From Eledone cirrhosa (taxonomy: Eukaryota), in NCBI GenBank assembly GCA_964016885.1, contig OZ024741.1, forward strand, positions 38,750,001 to 38,814,000: a DNA stretch of 64,000 nt, read 5' to 3'. Below the pieces are notes generated by a model that had not been told where the DNA came from, ran no database searches, and worked only from the letters and a program-made list of their open reading frames with translations. How positions within the stretch are numbered: position 1 is the stretch's first letter; each line of letters begins with the position of its first letter. Positions 1 through 13,849 of this stretch are shown piece by piece. The position numbers and the translations under genes are program-made.

Positions 1-490
1 TTCGTATGAAGAGAATATTCTTCATATAGTCTTTTAGGACTAACTCTATTTCCATTTGGCTGGGCTGTGCTGGCTTTCTTGACTGGTTTAGTATAGTTCT
101 GTATATAACTGTGTTTTCTGCTCTGGCTTTCTTGAATTCTGGGGGGGAGTTAATGGAAAACATTCCGTTCTCCCCCAAAACAATATGTTTCTTTGCTTCG
201 GCCAGTTTTTCTCTGGCGGCAGTTAGGTCAATTGGTGTGTATGTAATGGATTGCTTTGTTTTCTGGGCGAAAGTTGCCCTGTCGTTATTTGTATTATTTT
301 CTGTTTGTTTGTTTTCTGTTTGCTCATTTTCCTTAACATTTGTTTTTTCATTTTGTTTGTTTGTTTCAATGTCTAATTTTGTTGTAATTATTTTTTGTTC
401 TTCAGACTTGGGGGGCGTGGCAGAGCTAATGGCAGACATGTCTGCCATCTTTTCCGCCATGCTGCCAAGAAAGAAATTTTTCGGCAAAAA
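1..490 (-). mobile_element. Possible 5' end/ORF1 remnant of a Tx1/L1-like LINE (runs off window start)
   Basis: The minus strand reads MAEKMADMSAISSATPPKSEEQK... then K/N/Q-rich broken frames. Composition resembles the ORF1-like region at 15.7-16.2 kb. No diagnostic motif. Confidence 0.25.
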
Positions 491-659
491 TAGATATTTA
501 TTTTACCCCCTAAAAAGGGGGTAAATGCAAAAATGTTTCCCTAAATAACAGGGGTTAGTGTTCCAAATGTGTTGCACTAAAAAATTTATCCGGTACTTAC
601 AATAGTAAGGGTAAATCCCGATGGAATAGCGGAGCCGATGCGAAGCGTGTCTTACTCTA

Positions 660-1415
660 TCAAGATAGATATATTTCTTTATTAGCCACAGGGGCACAAA
701 AGAAGGGGACAAATACAAAGGGGGAAGTTTACATACAATAAAAACGTGTAAAATGTTATCACAGATGGAATTTAAAAGTTAGTCGATTTTCCCCAATAGA
801 GGGAGACAGTTTATATGGGTAACACAGACCCCCGAAAAAAATGTGCAACCCTCATCTCCAGGAGTACGAAGAGCTTGTACTCCTTTCCTCTCCTCCTCCT
901 TTTCCTCAACCTACAGGCTGATATAGAGAGAAGGCCCATTCACTCGGGCCATTCTCGCCACTTTCACCCACCTTTCATAAAACTTGCTGGGGTACAGCAC
1001 CTCTCTCTCCATCCTGATTCTTCTTCCAAAGTGGTATTTGAAAAAAAGAATCAGTTGTTGGCCGGAGAGAAAGGTGTCTGACCTCAGCCCTTTCAACCTT
1101 GTCCACCATACAACCTCTTTCGCCATAGCTATCACACAAAGGAAAACCGCCTCTCCTTCGTTTTTGAAGGAGGGTGGCGGTTTGATCATGACAATGGACT
1201 CGGTGGTCAACTGGATTGGTCCCACCCGCGACAATAGTCGTTCCACATAGCCCCACAGGTCAGTGACGCCCGGGCAGTGTATGAATGCGTGCGCGACGGT
1301 TTCTTCGTCTCGCACGCACCTCGGACAGATCTTTTTTGCAGGGTCCCTGCCCGGGCGCCCATGTCTGTAGAGCTTGTCTCGAACTGGTAGAGCTCCTCGG
1401 TAGCACTGCCAGGCC
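660..1415 (-). mobile_element. Tx1/L1-like LINE, 5'-truncated 3' end (C-terminal zinc-binding region + 3' UTR)
   Basis: Minus frame gives LAWQCYRGALPVRDKLYRHG...CPRC...EETVAHAFIHC (CCHC zf-RVT-like) running into ORF 911-1315. AATAAA near 685. Homologous to 14102-14800 and 47.6-48.0 kb. Confidence 0.8.
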
Positions 1416-1495
1416 AGATAGATAGATAGATAGATAGATTGATAGAAACAGAGGGGAGTGTGCAGTTGAGGAGGACCGTGTCTTTGTGATAGAGT

Positions 1496-4400
1496 ATATG
1501 TGTGTATCTGTGTCTGTGTATGTGTGTATCTGTGTCTGTCTATGTGTGTATCTGTGTCTATGTAAGTGTGTATCTGTGTCTGTGTATGTGTGTATCTGTG
1601 TCTGTATATGTGTGTATCTGTGTATGTGTGTATCTGTGTCTGTATATGTGTGTATCTGTGTCTGTATATGTGTGTATCTGTGTCTGTATATGTGTGTATC
1701 TGTGTCTGTATATGTGTGTATCTGTGTCTGTATATGTGTGTATCTGTGTCTGTGTATGTGTGTATCTGTGTCTGTATGTGTGTGTATCTGTGTCTGCGTA
1801 TCTGTGTCTGTATATGTGTGTATCTGTGTCTGTATATGTGTGTATCTGTGTCTGTATATGTGTGTATCTGTGTCTGTATATGTGTGTATCTGTGTCTGTA
1901 TATGTGTGTATCTGTGTCTGTATATGTGTGTATCTGTGTCTGTGTATGTGTGTATCTGTGTCTGTATGTGTGTGTATCTGTGTCTGTATATGTGTGTATC
2001 TGTGTCTGTGTATGTGTGTATCTGTGTCTGTGTATGTGTGTATCTGTGTCTGTATATGTGTGTATCTGTGTCTGTATCTGTGTGTATCTGTGTCTGTGTA
2101 TGTGTGTATCTGTGTCTGTGTATGTGTGTATCTGTGTAGTATATGTGTGTATCTGTGTCTGTATATGTGTGTATCTGTGTCTGTATATGTGTGTATCTGT
2201 GTCTGTGTATGTGTGTATCTGTGTCTGTATATGTGTGTATCTGTGTCTGTATATGTGTGTATCTGTGTCTGTGTATGTGTGTATCTGTATCTGTATATGT
2301 GTGTATCTGTGTCTGTATATGTGTGTATCTGTGTCTGTATATGTGTGTATCTGTGTCTGTATATGTGTGTATCTGTGTCTGTATATGTGTGTATCTGTGT
2401 CTGTATCTGTGTGTATCTGTGTCTGTATATGTGTGTATCTGTGTATGTATATGTGTGTATCTGTGTCTGTAAATGTGTGTATCTGTGTCTGTATATGTGT
2501 GTATCTGTGTATGTGTGTATCTGTGTCTGTATCTGTGTGTATCTGTGTCTGTATACGTGTGTAGCTGTGTCTGTATATGTGTGTATCTGTGTCTGTATAT
2601 GTGTGTATCTGTGTCTGTGTATGTGTGTATCTGTGTCTGTGTATGTGTGTATCTGTGTCTGTATATGTGTGTATCTGTGTCTGTATATGTGTGTATCTGT
2701 GTCTGTATATGTGTGAATCTGTGTCTGTGTATGTGTGTATCTGTGTCTGTATATGTGTGTATCTGTGTCTGTATATGTGTGTATCTGTGTCTGTATATGT
2801 GTGTATCTGTGTCTGTATATGTGTTTATCTGTGTCTGTATATGTGTGTATCTGTGTCTGTATATGTGTGTATCTGTGTCTCTGTATGTGTGTATCTGTGT
2901 CTGTATATGTGTGTATCTGTGTCTGTATATGTGTGTATCTGTGTCTGTATATGTGTGTATCTGTGTCTGTATATGTGTGTATCTGTGTCTGTATATGTGT
3001 GTATCTGTGTCTGTATATGTGTGTATCTGTGTCTGTATATGTGTGTATCTGTGTCTGTGTATGTGTTTATCTGTGTCTGTGTATGTGTGTATCTGTGTCT
3101 GTATATGTGTGTATCTGTGTCTGTATATGTGTGTATCTGTGTCTGTGTATGTGTGTATCTGTGTCTGTGTATGTGTGTATCTGTGTCTGTATATGTGTGT
3201 ATCTGTGTCTGTATATGTGTGTATCTGTGTCTGTGTATGTGTGTATCTGTGTCTGTGTATGTGTGTATCTGTGTCTGTATATGTGTGTATCTGTGTCTGT
3301 GTATGTGTGTATCTGTGTCTGTATATGTGTGTATCTGTGTCTGTATATGTGTGTATCTGTGTCTGTATATGTGTGAATCTGTGTCTGTGTATGTGTGTAT
3401 CTGTGTCTGTATATGTGTGTATCTGTGTCTGTATATGTGTGTATCTGTGTCTGTATATGTGTGTATCTGTGTCTGTATATGTGTTTATCTGTGTCTGTAT
3501 ATGTGTGTATCTGTGTCTGTATATGTGTGTATCTGTGTCTCTGTATGTGTGTATCTGTGTCTGTATATGTGTGTATCTGTGTCTGTATATGTGTGTATCT
3601 GTGTCTGTATATGTGTGTATCTGTGTCTGTATATGTGTGTATCTGTGTCTGTATATGTGTGTATCTGTGTCTGTATATGTGTGTATCTGTGTCTGTATAT
3701 GTGTGTATCTGTGTCTGTGTATGTGTTTATCTGTGTCTGTGTATGTGTGTATCTGTGTCTGTATATGTGTGTATCTGTGTCTGTATATGTGTGTATCTGT
3801 GTCTGTGTATGTGTGTATCTGTGTCTGTGTATGTGTGTATCTGTGTCTGTATATGTGTGTATCTGTGTCTGTATATGTGTGAATCTGTGTCTGTGTATGT
3901 GTGTATCTGTGTCTGTATATGTGTGTATCTGTGTCTGTATATGTGTGTATCTGTGTCTGTATATGTGTGTATCTGTGTCTGTATATGTGTGTATCTGTGT
4001 CTGTATATGTGTGTATCTGTGTCTGTATATGTGTGAATCTGTGTCTGTGTATGTGTGTATCTGTGTCTGTATATGTGTGTATCTGTGTCTGTATATGTGT
4101 GTATCTGTGTCTGTATATGTGTGTATCTGTGTCTGTATATGTGTGTATCTGTGTCTGTATATGTGTGAATCTGTGTCTGTGTATGTGTGTATCTGTATCT
4201 GTATATGTGTGTATCTGTGTCTGTATATGTGTGTATCTGTGTCTGTATATGTGTGAATCTGTGTCTGTGTATGTGTGTATCTGTGTCTGTATATGTGTGT
4301 ATCTGTGTCTGTATATGTGTGTATCTGTGTCTGTATATGTGTGTATCTGTGTCTGTATATGTGTTTATCTGTGTCTGTATATGTGTGTATCTGTGTCTGT

Positions 4401-7236
4401 ATATGTGTGTATCTGTGTCTCTGTATGTGTGTATCTGTGTCTGTATATGTGTGTATCTGTGTCTGTATATGTGTGTATCTGTGTCTGTATATGTGTGTAT
4501 CTGTGTCTGTATATGTGTGTATCTGTGTCTGTATATGTGTGTATCTGTGTCTGTATATGTGTGTATCTGTGTCTGTATATGTGTGTATCTGTGTCTGTGT
4601 ATGTGTTTATCTGTGTCTGTGTATGTGTGTATCTGTGTCTGTATATGTGTGTATCTGTGTCTGTATATGTGTGTATCTGTGTCTGTGTATGTGTGTATCT
4701 GTGTCTGTGTATGTGTGTATCTGTGTCTGTATATGTGTGTATCTGTGTCTGTATATGTGTGTATCTGTGTCTGTGTATGTGTGTATCTGTGTCTGTGTAT
4801 GTGTGTATCTGTGTCTGTATATGTGTGTATCTGTGTCTGTGTATGTGTGTATCTGTGTCTGTATATGTGTGTATCTGTGTATGTGTGTATCTGTGTCTGT
4901 ATATGTGTGTATCTGTGTCTGTATATGTGTGTATCTGTGTCTGTATATGTGTGTATCTGTGTCTGTATATGTGTGTATCTGTGTATGTGTGTATCTGTGT
5001 CTGTATATGTGTGTATCTGTGTCTGTATATGTGTGTAGCTGTGTCTGTATATGTGTGTATCTGTGTCTGTATATATGTGTATCTGTGTCTGTGTATGTGT
5101 GTATCTGTGTCTGTGTATGTGTGTATCTGTGTCTGTATATGTGTGTATCTGTGTCTGTATATGTGTGTATCTGTGTCTGTATATGTGTGTATCTGTGTCT
5201 GTGTATGTGTGTATCTGTGTCTGTATATGTGTGTATCTGTGTCTGTATATGTGTGTATCTGTGTCTGTATATGTGTGTATCTGTGTCTGTGTATGTGTGT
5301 ATCTGTGTCTGTATATGTGTTTATCTGTGTCTGTGTATGTGTGTATCTGTGTCTGTATATGTGTGTATCTGTGTCTGTATATGTGTGTATCTGTGTCTGT
5401 GTATGTGTGTATCTGTGTCTGTATATGTGTGTATCTGTGTCTGTATATGTGTGTATCTGTGTCTGTATATGTGTGTATCTGTGTCTGTGTATGTGTGTAT
5501 CTGTGTCTGTATATGTGTGTATCTGTGTCTGTATATGTGTGTATCTGTGTCTGTATATGTGTGTATCTGTGTCTGTATATGTGTGTATCTGTGTCTGTAT
5601 ATGTGTGTATCTGTGTCTGTGTATGTGTGTATCTGTGTCTGTGTATGTGTGTATCTGTGTCTGTATATGTGTGTATCTGTGTCTGTGTATGTGTGTATCT
5701 GTGTCTGTATATGTGTGTATCTGTGTCTGTATATGTGTGTATCTGTGTCTGTATATGTGTGTATCTGTGTCTGTATATGTGTGTATCTGTGTCTGTGTAT
5801 GTGTGTATCTGTGTCTGTATATGTGTGTATCTGTGTCTGTGTATGTGTGTATCTGTGTCTGTATATGTGTGTATCTGTGTCTGTATATGTGTGTATCTCT
5901 GTCTGTATATGTGTGTATCTGTGTCTGTATATGTGTGTATCTGTTTCTGTATATGTGTGTATCTGTGTCTGTGTATGTGTGTATCTGTGTCTGTATATGT
6001 GTGTATCTGTGTCTGTATATGTGTGTATCTGTGTCTGTATATGTGTGTATCTGTGTCTGTATATGTGTGTATCTGTATCTGTATGTGTGTGTATCTGTGT
6101 CTGTATATGTGTGTATCTGTGTCTGTCTATGTGTGTATCTGTGTCTGTGTATGTGTGTATCTGTGTCTGTATCTGTGTGTATCTGTGTCTGTGTATGTGT
6201 GTATCTGTGTCTGTATATGTGTGTATCTGTGTCTGTATATGTGTGTATCTGTGTCTGTATATGTGTGTATCTGTGTCTGTGTATGTGTGTATCTGTGTCT
6301 GTATATGTGTGTATCTGTGTCTGTGTATGTGTGTATCTGTGTCTGTATATGTGTGTATCTGTGTCTGTATATGTGTGTATCTCTGTCTGTATATGTGTGT
6401 ATCTGTGTCTGTATATGTGTGTATCTGTTTCTGTATATGTGTGTATCTGTGTCTGTGTATGTGTGTATCTGTGTCTGTATATGTGTGTATCTGTGTCTGT
6501 ATATATGTGTATCTGTGTCTGTATATGTGTGTATCTGTGTCTGTATATGTGTGTATCTGTATCTGTATGTGTGTGTATCTGTGTCTGTATATGTGTGTAT
6601 CTGTGTCTGTCTATGTGTGTATCTGTGTCTGTGTATGTGTGTATCTGTGTCTGTATCTGTGTGTATCTGTGTCTGTGTATGTGTGTATCTGTGTCTGTAT
6701 ATGTGTGTATCTGTGTCTGTATATGTGTGTATCTGTGTCTGTATATGTGTGTATCTGTGTCTGTATATGTGTGTATCTGTGTCTGTGTATGTGTGTATCT
6801 GTGTCTGTATATGTGTGTATCTGTCTCTGTATATGTGTGTATCTGTGTCTGTATATGTGTGTATCTGTGTCTGTATATGTGTGTATCTGTATCTGTATAT
6901 GTGTGTATCTGTGTCTGTATATGTGTGTATCTGTGTCTGTATATGTGTGTATTTGTGTCTGTATATGTGTGTATCTGTGTCTGTGTATGTGTGTATCTGT
7001 GTCTGTGTATGTGTGTATCTGTGTCTGTATATGTGTGTATCTGTGTCTGTGTATGTGTGTATCTGTGTCTGTGTATGTGTGTATCTGTGTCTGTATATGT
7101 GTGTATCTGTGTCTGTATATGTGTGTATCTGTGTATGTGTATGTGTGTATCTGTGTCTGTATATGTGTGTATCTGTATATGTGTGTATCTGTGTCTGTAT
7201 ATGTGTGTATCTGTGTCTGTGTATGTGTGTATCTGT
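1496..7236. repeat. 22-bp minisatellite (GTATATGTGTGTATCTGTGTCT)n, about 260 units
   Basis: Directly visible tandem array. It explains all the C/V/Y and H/T/Y ORFs here. Confidence 0.98.
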
Positions 7237-8041
7237 GAGCGTATGTGCATGCATGTATTTTTCTTCACATATGTGTGTGAATGAGCATATGTGTGTGTAT
7301 GTGTAAATTTGTGTCAGTGTGTGTATGTATGTGGGTATATGAAAGTGTGTATGGAATTGTGTGTGCATGTGTATATGTGTGTCTGTCACTGTGTGTGTGT
7401 GCGCGTGTGTTTGTAATTATGTGAGCGTGTTGTTTGTGCCCCAGTGTGTCTGTGTATGTGCGCGTGTGCCTCTGTGTATATAATTGTGTATGCATGTGCG
7501 TATGTGTGTTTGTATGTGAATGTGCACTTGTGTGTGATCATGTAATCAAGTATATGTCTGTGTTCTTTTAATTCTAAATTATTGACGCCCTTCTTTGTAG
7601 ACTTTTGGAACAAAAGCAAGACAAGGATTCCATGAGAATGTGAGAGAAAGTGGGAGTGAGATAGAGGCAGAGAGAGAGAGAGAGGGGACAGGAGGGAGAC
7701 AGAGAGAGAGAGTGAGTGTGTGTGTTTGTGTGTGTGGGAGAGTATAAGTGAAAGATTAAATGAATACAGAGCAGTGTGTAATATAATATTTCAATAAAAG
7801 CCCCAAGGTATGGTGACTTTTACAACCACCAACATACAGACATGGGGGAAAGTAAACATATAAGTAGCTGTGCAGCAATCTCTAGATATTGCCTGCATGT
7901 TGGTATATATATACATACATAATTTTATGTGAGTGTGTTAATGTATATATATGCATATATATATACACACACACATATATATATATATATATATGTATAC
8001 TTATATATTTATATAGACATTTATATATATGTTTATATATG

Positions 8042-8658
8042 TATAAGTATGTACACGTACATACATATATGTATACCGACGTACAGTAGTATGTATATAT
8101 ATATATATACATACATGCACACATATATATATATATGCACGTATGGATTCACCGAACATTTATTATAATGCTCGGTGTGTTTGTAAACCGTACTAAGAGT
8201 GGGAAATGAAATATCGTTTCATTTTTTCCGTTTATCGTTTTCGGTGCACCCGGCCGATTAACCCACTCGATATGCAAATTGGGCTACTCAGCCGTTAATA
8301 TGCATAAGGTAAGTATATACGTTCAACAATCTGGCAGGAAGGTATACGTTGCTGACGATAGCTAACAAGCTTGAAACTAGTACAGCGTTCCTTTGTCAGT
8401 GTTGAACAAACGAGCAACGGTGGTTGCTAGACACTACGGCTTAATACGGGATGTTTGTTTACAAACACACCGAGCATTATAATAAATGTTCGGTGAATCC
8501 ATACGTGCAGATATATATGTGTGCATGTATGTATATATATATATACATACTACTGTACGTCGGTATACATATATGTATGTACGTGTACATACTTATATTT
8601 AAGTAACAGCGGTACTAAGAGTGGGAAATGAAATATCGTTTCATTTTTTTCCGTTTAT
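8042..8658 (+). mobile_element. Non-coding HHR-bearing insert with inverted arm and terminal direct repeat
   Basis: 8042-8188 is the reverse complement of 8457-8597. GTACTAAGAGTGGGAAATGAAATATCGTTTC... occurs at 8190 and 8612 (period 422). Flanked by TA-rich runs. Confidence 0.75.
8346..8388 (+). ncRNA. Minimal type-I hammerhead ribozyme
   Basis: acgttg-CTGACGA-t-agct(aaca)agct-t-GAAA-ctag-TA-cagcgt. Helix I acgttg/cagcgt, palindromic helix III ACTAGT, cleavage triplet GUA. T.T mismatch at the base of helix II. Confidence 0.75.
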
Positions 8659-8663
8659 ATATG

Positions 8664-8726
<63 letters not shown>

Positions 8727-8730
<4 letters not shown>

Positions 8731-8966
8731 TTAATATAGATGAGATTCTTTCTTGGTGATGGTTATAAGGGGCACAAAGAGTGCTAAAAGGTAAGTTATT
8801 CCGGGTTGAATCGGAGGTAACCACAGTAAGTAAGGTACTCAATACATAGCAGAGTATAAAAGTTTTAATATAGATGAGATTCATCTATATTAAAACTTTT
8901 ATACTCTGCTATGTATTGAGTACCTTACTTACTGTGGTTACCTCCGATTCAACCCGGAATATCTTA

Positions 8967-8969
<3 letters not shown>
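8727..8969. repeat. Near-perfect palindrome with short direct repeat, between (TA)n runs
   Basis: Arms 8789-8877/8881-8969 (3-nt spacer, 1 mismatch seen). AGTTTTAATATAGATGAGATTC at 8727 and 8861. Confidence 0.9.
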
Positions 8970-9014
<45 letters not shown>

Positions 9015-9069
9015 CACACAAATATATATATATATATATATATTTATATGTAAATATATATATGTTCAT

Positions 9070-9153
<84 letters not shown>

Positions 9154-9865
9154 GTGTGTATGTGTGTGTGCGTGTGTGTGTGTATGTTTGTGTATTGTCA
9201 CAGACATGGCATCTTCGGCAAGTGTCTTTAACCTAACCTTGGGCTGTGTATAAAATTAGGTAAATGGAAAGCTTTGGCGATCCGTCGGATAGACTGTACC
9301 TGTAATCCAAGAAGTGTTTTGACTCCGACACCTCTCGATTAATAAGAAGACAATATAATATGATAAAATTCCATTATATCTATAAAAAGCATTTTAGTTT
9401 TATTAAACAGCGATTTTTATGCCCCCTATTTAATGTTCAGAAACCCCGCCCCACCCACCAAGCCTCTCTATGAGAAACAATATTCTGAGATAAACGTTTG
9501 CTGAAAAAACTAAGTGTCCACGGCTAAAAAATGTTTGTTTAAAGGTCTGCTTGGAGTGAAACATAAATAACCATTAAGATACATGTTTCAAGAACAAACT
9601 TGTGTTTTGAATCAAAGTTTAGGAATTAAAGACACATCCCGCCATCTATATAATGGTTTGTGTTTCATACATTCTTCTCTGTTTTGTGAATTTTCCCGTA
9701 CTTCTTGTGAATGGGCCCGTACTTCTCATGTCTGAAAACACATTTTTCTTTCAAGGAAAATGAGAAAGCGAAAAACAAAGATCGAGGCAGAATCGTCCCC
9801 ATTCTGGACTGGTAATGTAATTAGCATACAAAAAAGAAAATTTCGCTCTACATGGCTGAATACAA

Positions 9866-10277
9866 TAAATGTAATCTGAGTTTTTCGAATATTAATAATA
9901 ACATTCGATTCGTTTGCAATTATACAAACAAGCCTCAATTTTATAGCCATGTCACTAGAATCAGCCCCTCATTCTTGCTCTTGTGTTGGCATATAAACAG
10001 AACTGCAGACACTAATGTTTCTGGGTATCACCCTTCATCAGTACAGCTCACTGTTCACCTGCCAAACTGTCAGAGCTAGTGAAAAGATATGCTATTTTCA
10101 AAAATACACAGTGAAACCCAGAAACATTAGTGTCTGCAGTTCTGTTCACATGCCAACACAAGAGCAAGAATGAAAGGTTCATTCTACTGACATGGCTATA
10201 AAATTGAGGCTTGTTTGTATAATTGCAAACGAATCGAATGTTATTATTAATATTCGAAAAACTCAGATTACATTTAA
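9866..10277. repeat. Diverged inverted repeat (about 165-bp arms, about 80-bp spacer) carrying an HHR
   Basis: 9866-10031 is the reverse complement of 10111-10277 with several substitutions. Confidence 0.9.
10000..10049 (-). ncRNA. Type-I hammerhead ribozyme
   Basis: Minus strand: gagctgta-CTGATGA-a-gggt(gat)accc-a-GAAA-cattagtg-TC-tgcagttc. 8-bp helix I, near-palindromic helix III, canonical GUC triplet. Confidence 0.8.
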
Positions 10278-13200
10278 TGTAATTATCGATCTCGATATAA
10301 TGAAATGTAAAGTTGACCTCGTCTTGATTTAAACTGAGAATGTTGAACGTCGAAACGAACGAATACCGCAAAACCTTCTATCCAACGTTCATGCAACACT
10401 GTTACTTTGTTACTTTTGATATTTACCAGATTTTGAATCTATTCTGTCAGTGATTCACTTACTTCTTCCTAGCCGAAATAATCAAATTCACGCTTTTTCT
10501 GCAAACCTTCTCTTTTATGACTTTGGCCAGTCTATTTGTTCTAAATGAAAACAGCTTGTAAATATACTCAATTTTGTAAATGGCTGCTAAAGGTTTCAAA
10601 TAACATCAGTTCAAATTTTACGGGAGTCAGACCCTAAAGAAATCTTAAAGGAACACGCAGCATATTGAATAATAGCATATGCTATAGACTGTCTGCAAAA
10701 TAAAAACCCATTTATAGATTATTTAAGGGAAGGAGACAACGTACTCCCTCATTTTGCAAACAGATGGAAGAATTTTCCTTTTAACACCCAAACTCTAATT
10801 CAATATACAAGCTTTTCCTTGAAATAAGTGTCCTGGTTTTTTAACTCCAAGTTATTCCCCGTTGAAGATAAGTTTGAACAAAGATGTTCTAGCTTTAATT
10901 TTACTAAGCGTTGCAATGTTTAGTAAAATTCAAGCAGTTTTTATAGCCATAATTCTACAATATCGTAATATTGTAAATCAATATCATGTAACTATATTTT
11001 GTATTCCCATTAATTGAGGTGGAAGAGCAAGAGCATAAACACAATGTCATACATATTTCAGGAGAGAACAGTCGCTTACATCGACTCCAGTATTTTACTA
11101 GTACTTAATTTTATCGACCCCCGAAGGATGGAAGGCAAAGTTGAAAGCGCCGGGATGAATATACAGAGGATAGTGCCGTAACTAAATACTGCAAGGAATT
11201 TTGTGCGACGCTCCTAAAATTCTGCCCATCCATGAAACTATAACTAGGTAATGAAACTTTCACCTTCATATTTATTTCAATGCCTAGTATAAGGTTCCAC
11301 CTCAGCAATGTTGGTCACTAATACAAATGTAAGTTTCACGTCGATACGACGTCCTGTCTCTATTCTTCTCTGAGCTACTGCCAGATAAATGAAGCAAAAA
11401 GGTTTAGTGTCTTGCTTAACAATTGAAGGAAAAACTTTTGAAGAAGTGGCGGGAAGATAAAATCACGTTGCTTCCACCAATTGAGTCTCAAACTTTTTAA
11501 CTTAGCCAAAACGAAGCTTCTCCCAATCAGATTAATGAACTATAGTGTCTAGATAAACAGTTTGCCAATTTTTGGTTGGCTTCGCGCCTATGACCATTGA
11601 CGTAACTATTTCTCTATATCTATTATTACCTAATTTCAAATATTCTAGTTTGAGACTTCGTAACTTCAGTGATTTTGACACGGACGAAAGAGATACATCT
11701 GTAACGAGATAGGAATTCAGGATTTCAGTATCGAGTACTCATCACAGATATTCTTTCCTCGTGGGTATATTTCAGTAGAATTTTTTTATTATATAATTTT
11801 CAAAGAAAGGGAATTATCAAATTCAATATGTTCATTAATTATTAAACTGTTCATCTGTAGGTTTTGGTGGCTTCATTAGTACAGAGCTTGTCCTGTCTCT
11901 AATTGGGAAGAAAGATTGTATGTATTTACCTATAGTTCATGAGGGAGTCGTAGGTGTACCGTCATGTCACACACCGAATCCTGAACATTTTAAACTTGGT
12001 GGAATCCAAGACCCCTCGAGGTATGCACACAGATCATTTCTTCCAGAGAAAGAGAGATAGACAGATAGATAAATAGAGAGGTGGGGAGAGAATCGATTCT
12101 AGTATTGGACTGGTACTTTTTTATCGGCTCCATGGGATGATCTCAGGGGGGTGGGGATTTTAATTCAGTGAACCAGAAGAAAGATCGCAAATCATTGTGT
12201 CCAATGTTCTAATGACTCTGGCAAATGTCCACCATCTTAGGAATTATAAGTAAATTTTGCCTTTCATCCTTTCGGGGTCGATAAATTAAGTAGCAGCCCA
12301 GGAATAGTGGGTTGGTTAAATAGAGAACGTAAGGTTTTACGATATTTCTTTCAGCTTTTTGCGTTTGGATTTCACCAGCTACGTAACTGCCTTTCACATG
12401 AACAATATCGTTGACGTTGGGGAGAGGATACTTGCATGCATTGGCGACTCTGGTTTTCCACACAAAAACAACAACAACAATAACCTTGCCTAGGCCTACA
12501 TCTTAAAAAGGAACTTTTCAGGTGTAAACACATAATCAGTTATGGCTGGACGGGCCGGAGGACCTTTCAATTCCTTAGAATATTTCTACCGACCTTGGGC
12601 CTCAGTCAGCTTTGGCGTGACAGTACACCACGTAAGTTTTGCACCGTCACATCAAAATTAATTTTGTACTTACTATTTATCTTAGCCCAAATAGATATCG
12701 CGGAGAAATAGGTGTAAATGGAAAACATTTCATATTTCTAGCTGACAGGTATGTATTCACTGATACTGTGCTGTCTTTATCTTAAAATTATTTACTGCAA
12801 TATTTTTTTCGTTTTTCATCACGAAAGACGAGGTTTGAACTAGAGAAGACATTATCTTAAACGAGTTCGTGTTTTTGTAATCCTAACGACAGATATATCT
12901 ACAACCATATGATGTACGAGAGTGAAGTCAGCAGTCATATAATGTAAAACACAGCAGATAAGTTTAAGTGACTATATAGCCTTTTTAAATTTCTTTATCA
13001 ATATAATGGCTGCTATTTACTTAGGATAGCCGAGGAGACATATGTGAACTCAATCAATAGAGCAATTGCAGTCAAGCTGTTGCCTAATGCACGGCATTGT
13101 TTTGGTCTGGATCAGTTTAGTGAATGTGGCCGATAAGTTTTGCCAATAACGATTTAATGATAACTGTTGTGAAATTTCAGACTAATTTAAAAGAGATATT

Positions 13201-13849
13201 TGAGAGTAATATCTGTAGAGTTTTATTGAAGTGTAAGTAAGCAACTGAAGGTAATTGGTAGAGTCGCTAGAGTGTTAGATTAAATACATTTCCGGTTCTC
13301 TATTCCGGCTCCCTTCACTCGTTCCAAGTTCAAACCCTACCAAGGACAACTATGCTTCTTATCCTTTCGAAGTCGATAAATAAAGTAGCAGACCAAAACA
13401 GTGCATTGGCAAAATTGTAAGGGAGCCGGACAAGGTATCTTCTGGTATCTGCTCCAATTCAGTTATTAGAAACAGACTGTCTGTCGGCCGCTCTCTGTTG
13501 TTTTTGCCGAGAACAAGCAAGTAACATAGTCACTACTTTAAATCTCATAGCCAATGGTCTCATAATATTCTAAATTAAACATACAGTATATTGCCAAATA
13601 TACTATAAATACATTTCAGAGCACCAATACTAATACCTAATTTTTGCTGAACCGGCAATCGCTCTGTGTAATCAGCTTCTGATTATTACTGAAATTCTAT
13701 AAGAATCCAGCTTCTATAATTTTCAGGAAAGGCAGGGAGTGCGTGGTTTTGATAAACGCCAAACAGTGAGAAACAGACTGTCAGCCACTCTCCCTGCTTT
13801 TGCCGAAAATAAGTAAGTGACATATATGATGATGATAATATTAATAATG

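Noticed and set aside
1486-7389. ORFs up to 1127 aa
   Set aside because: Translations of a stop-free 22-bp satellite, open in many frames on both strands.
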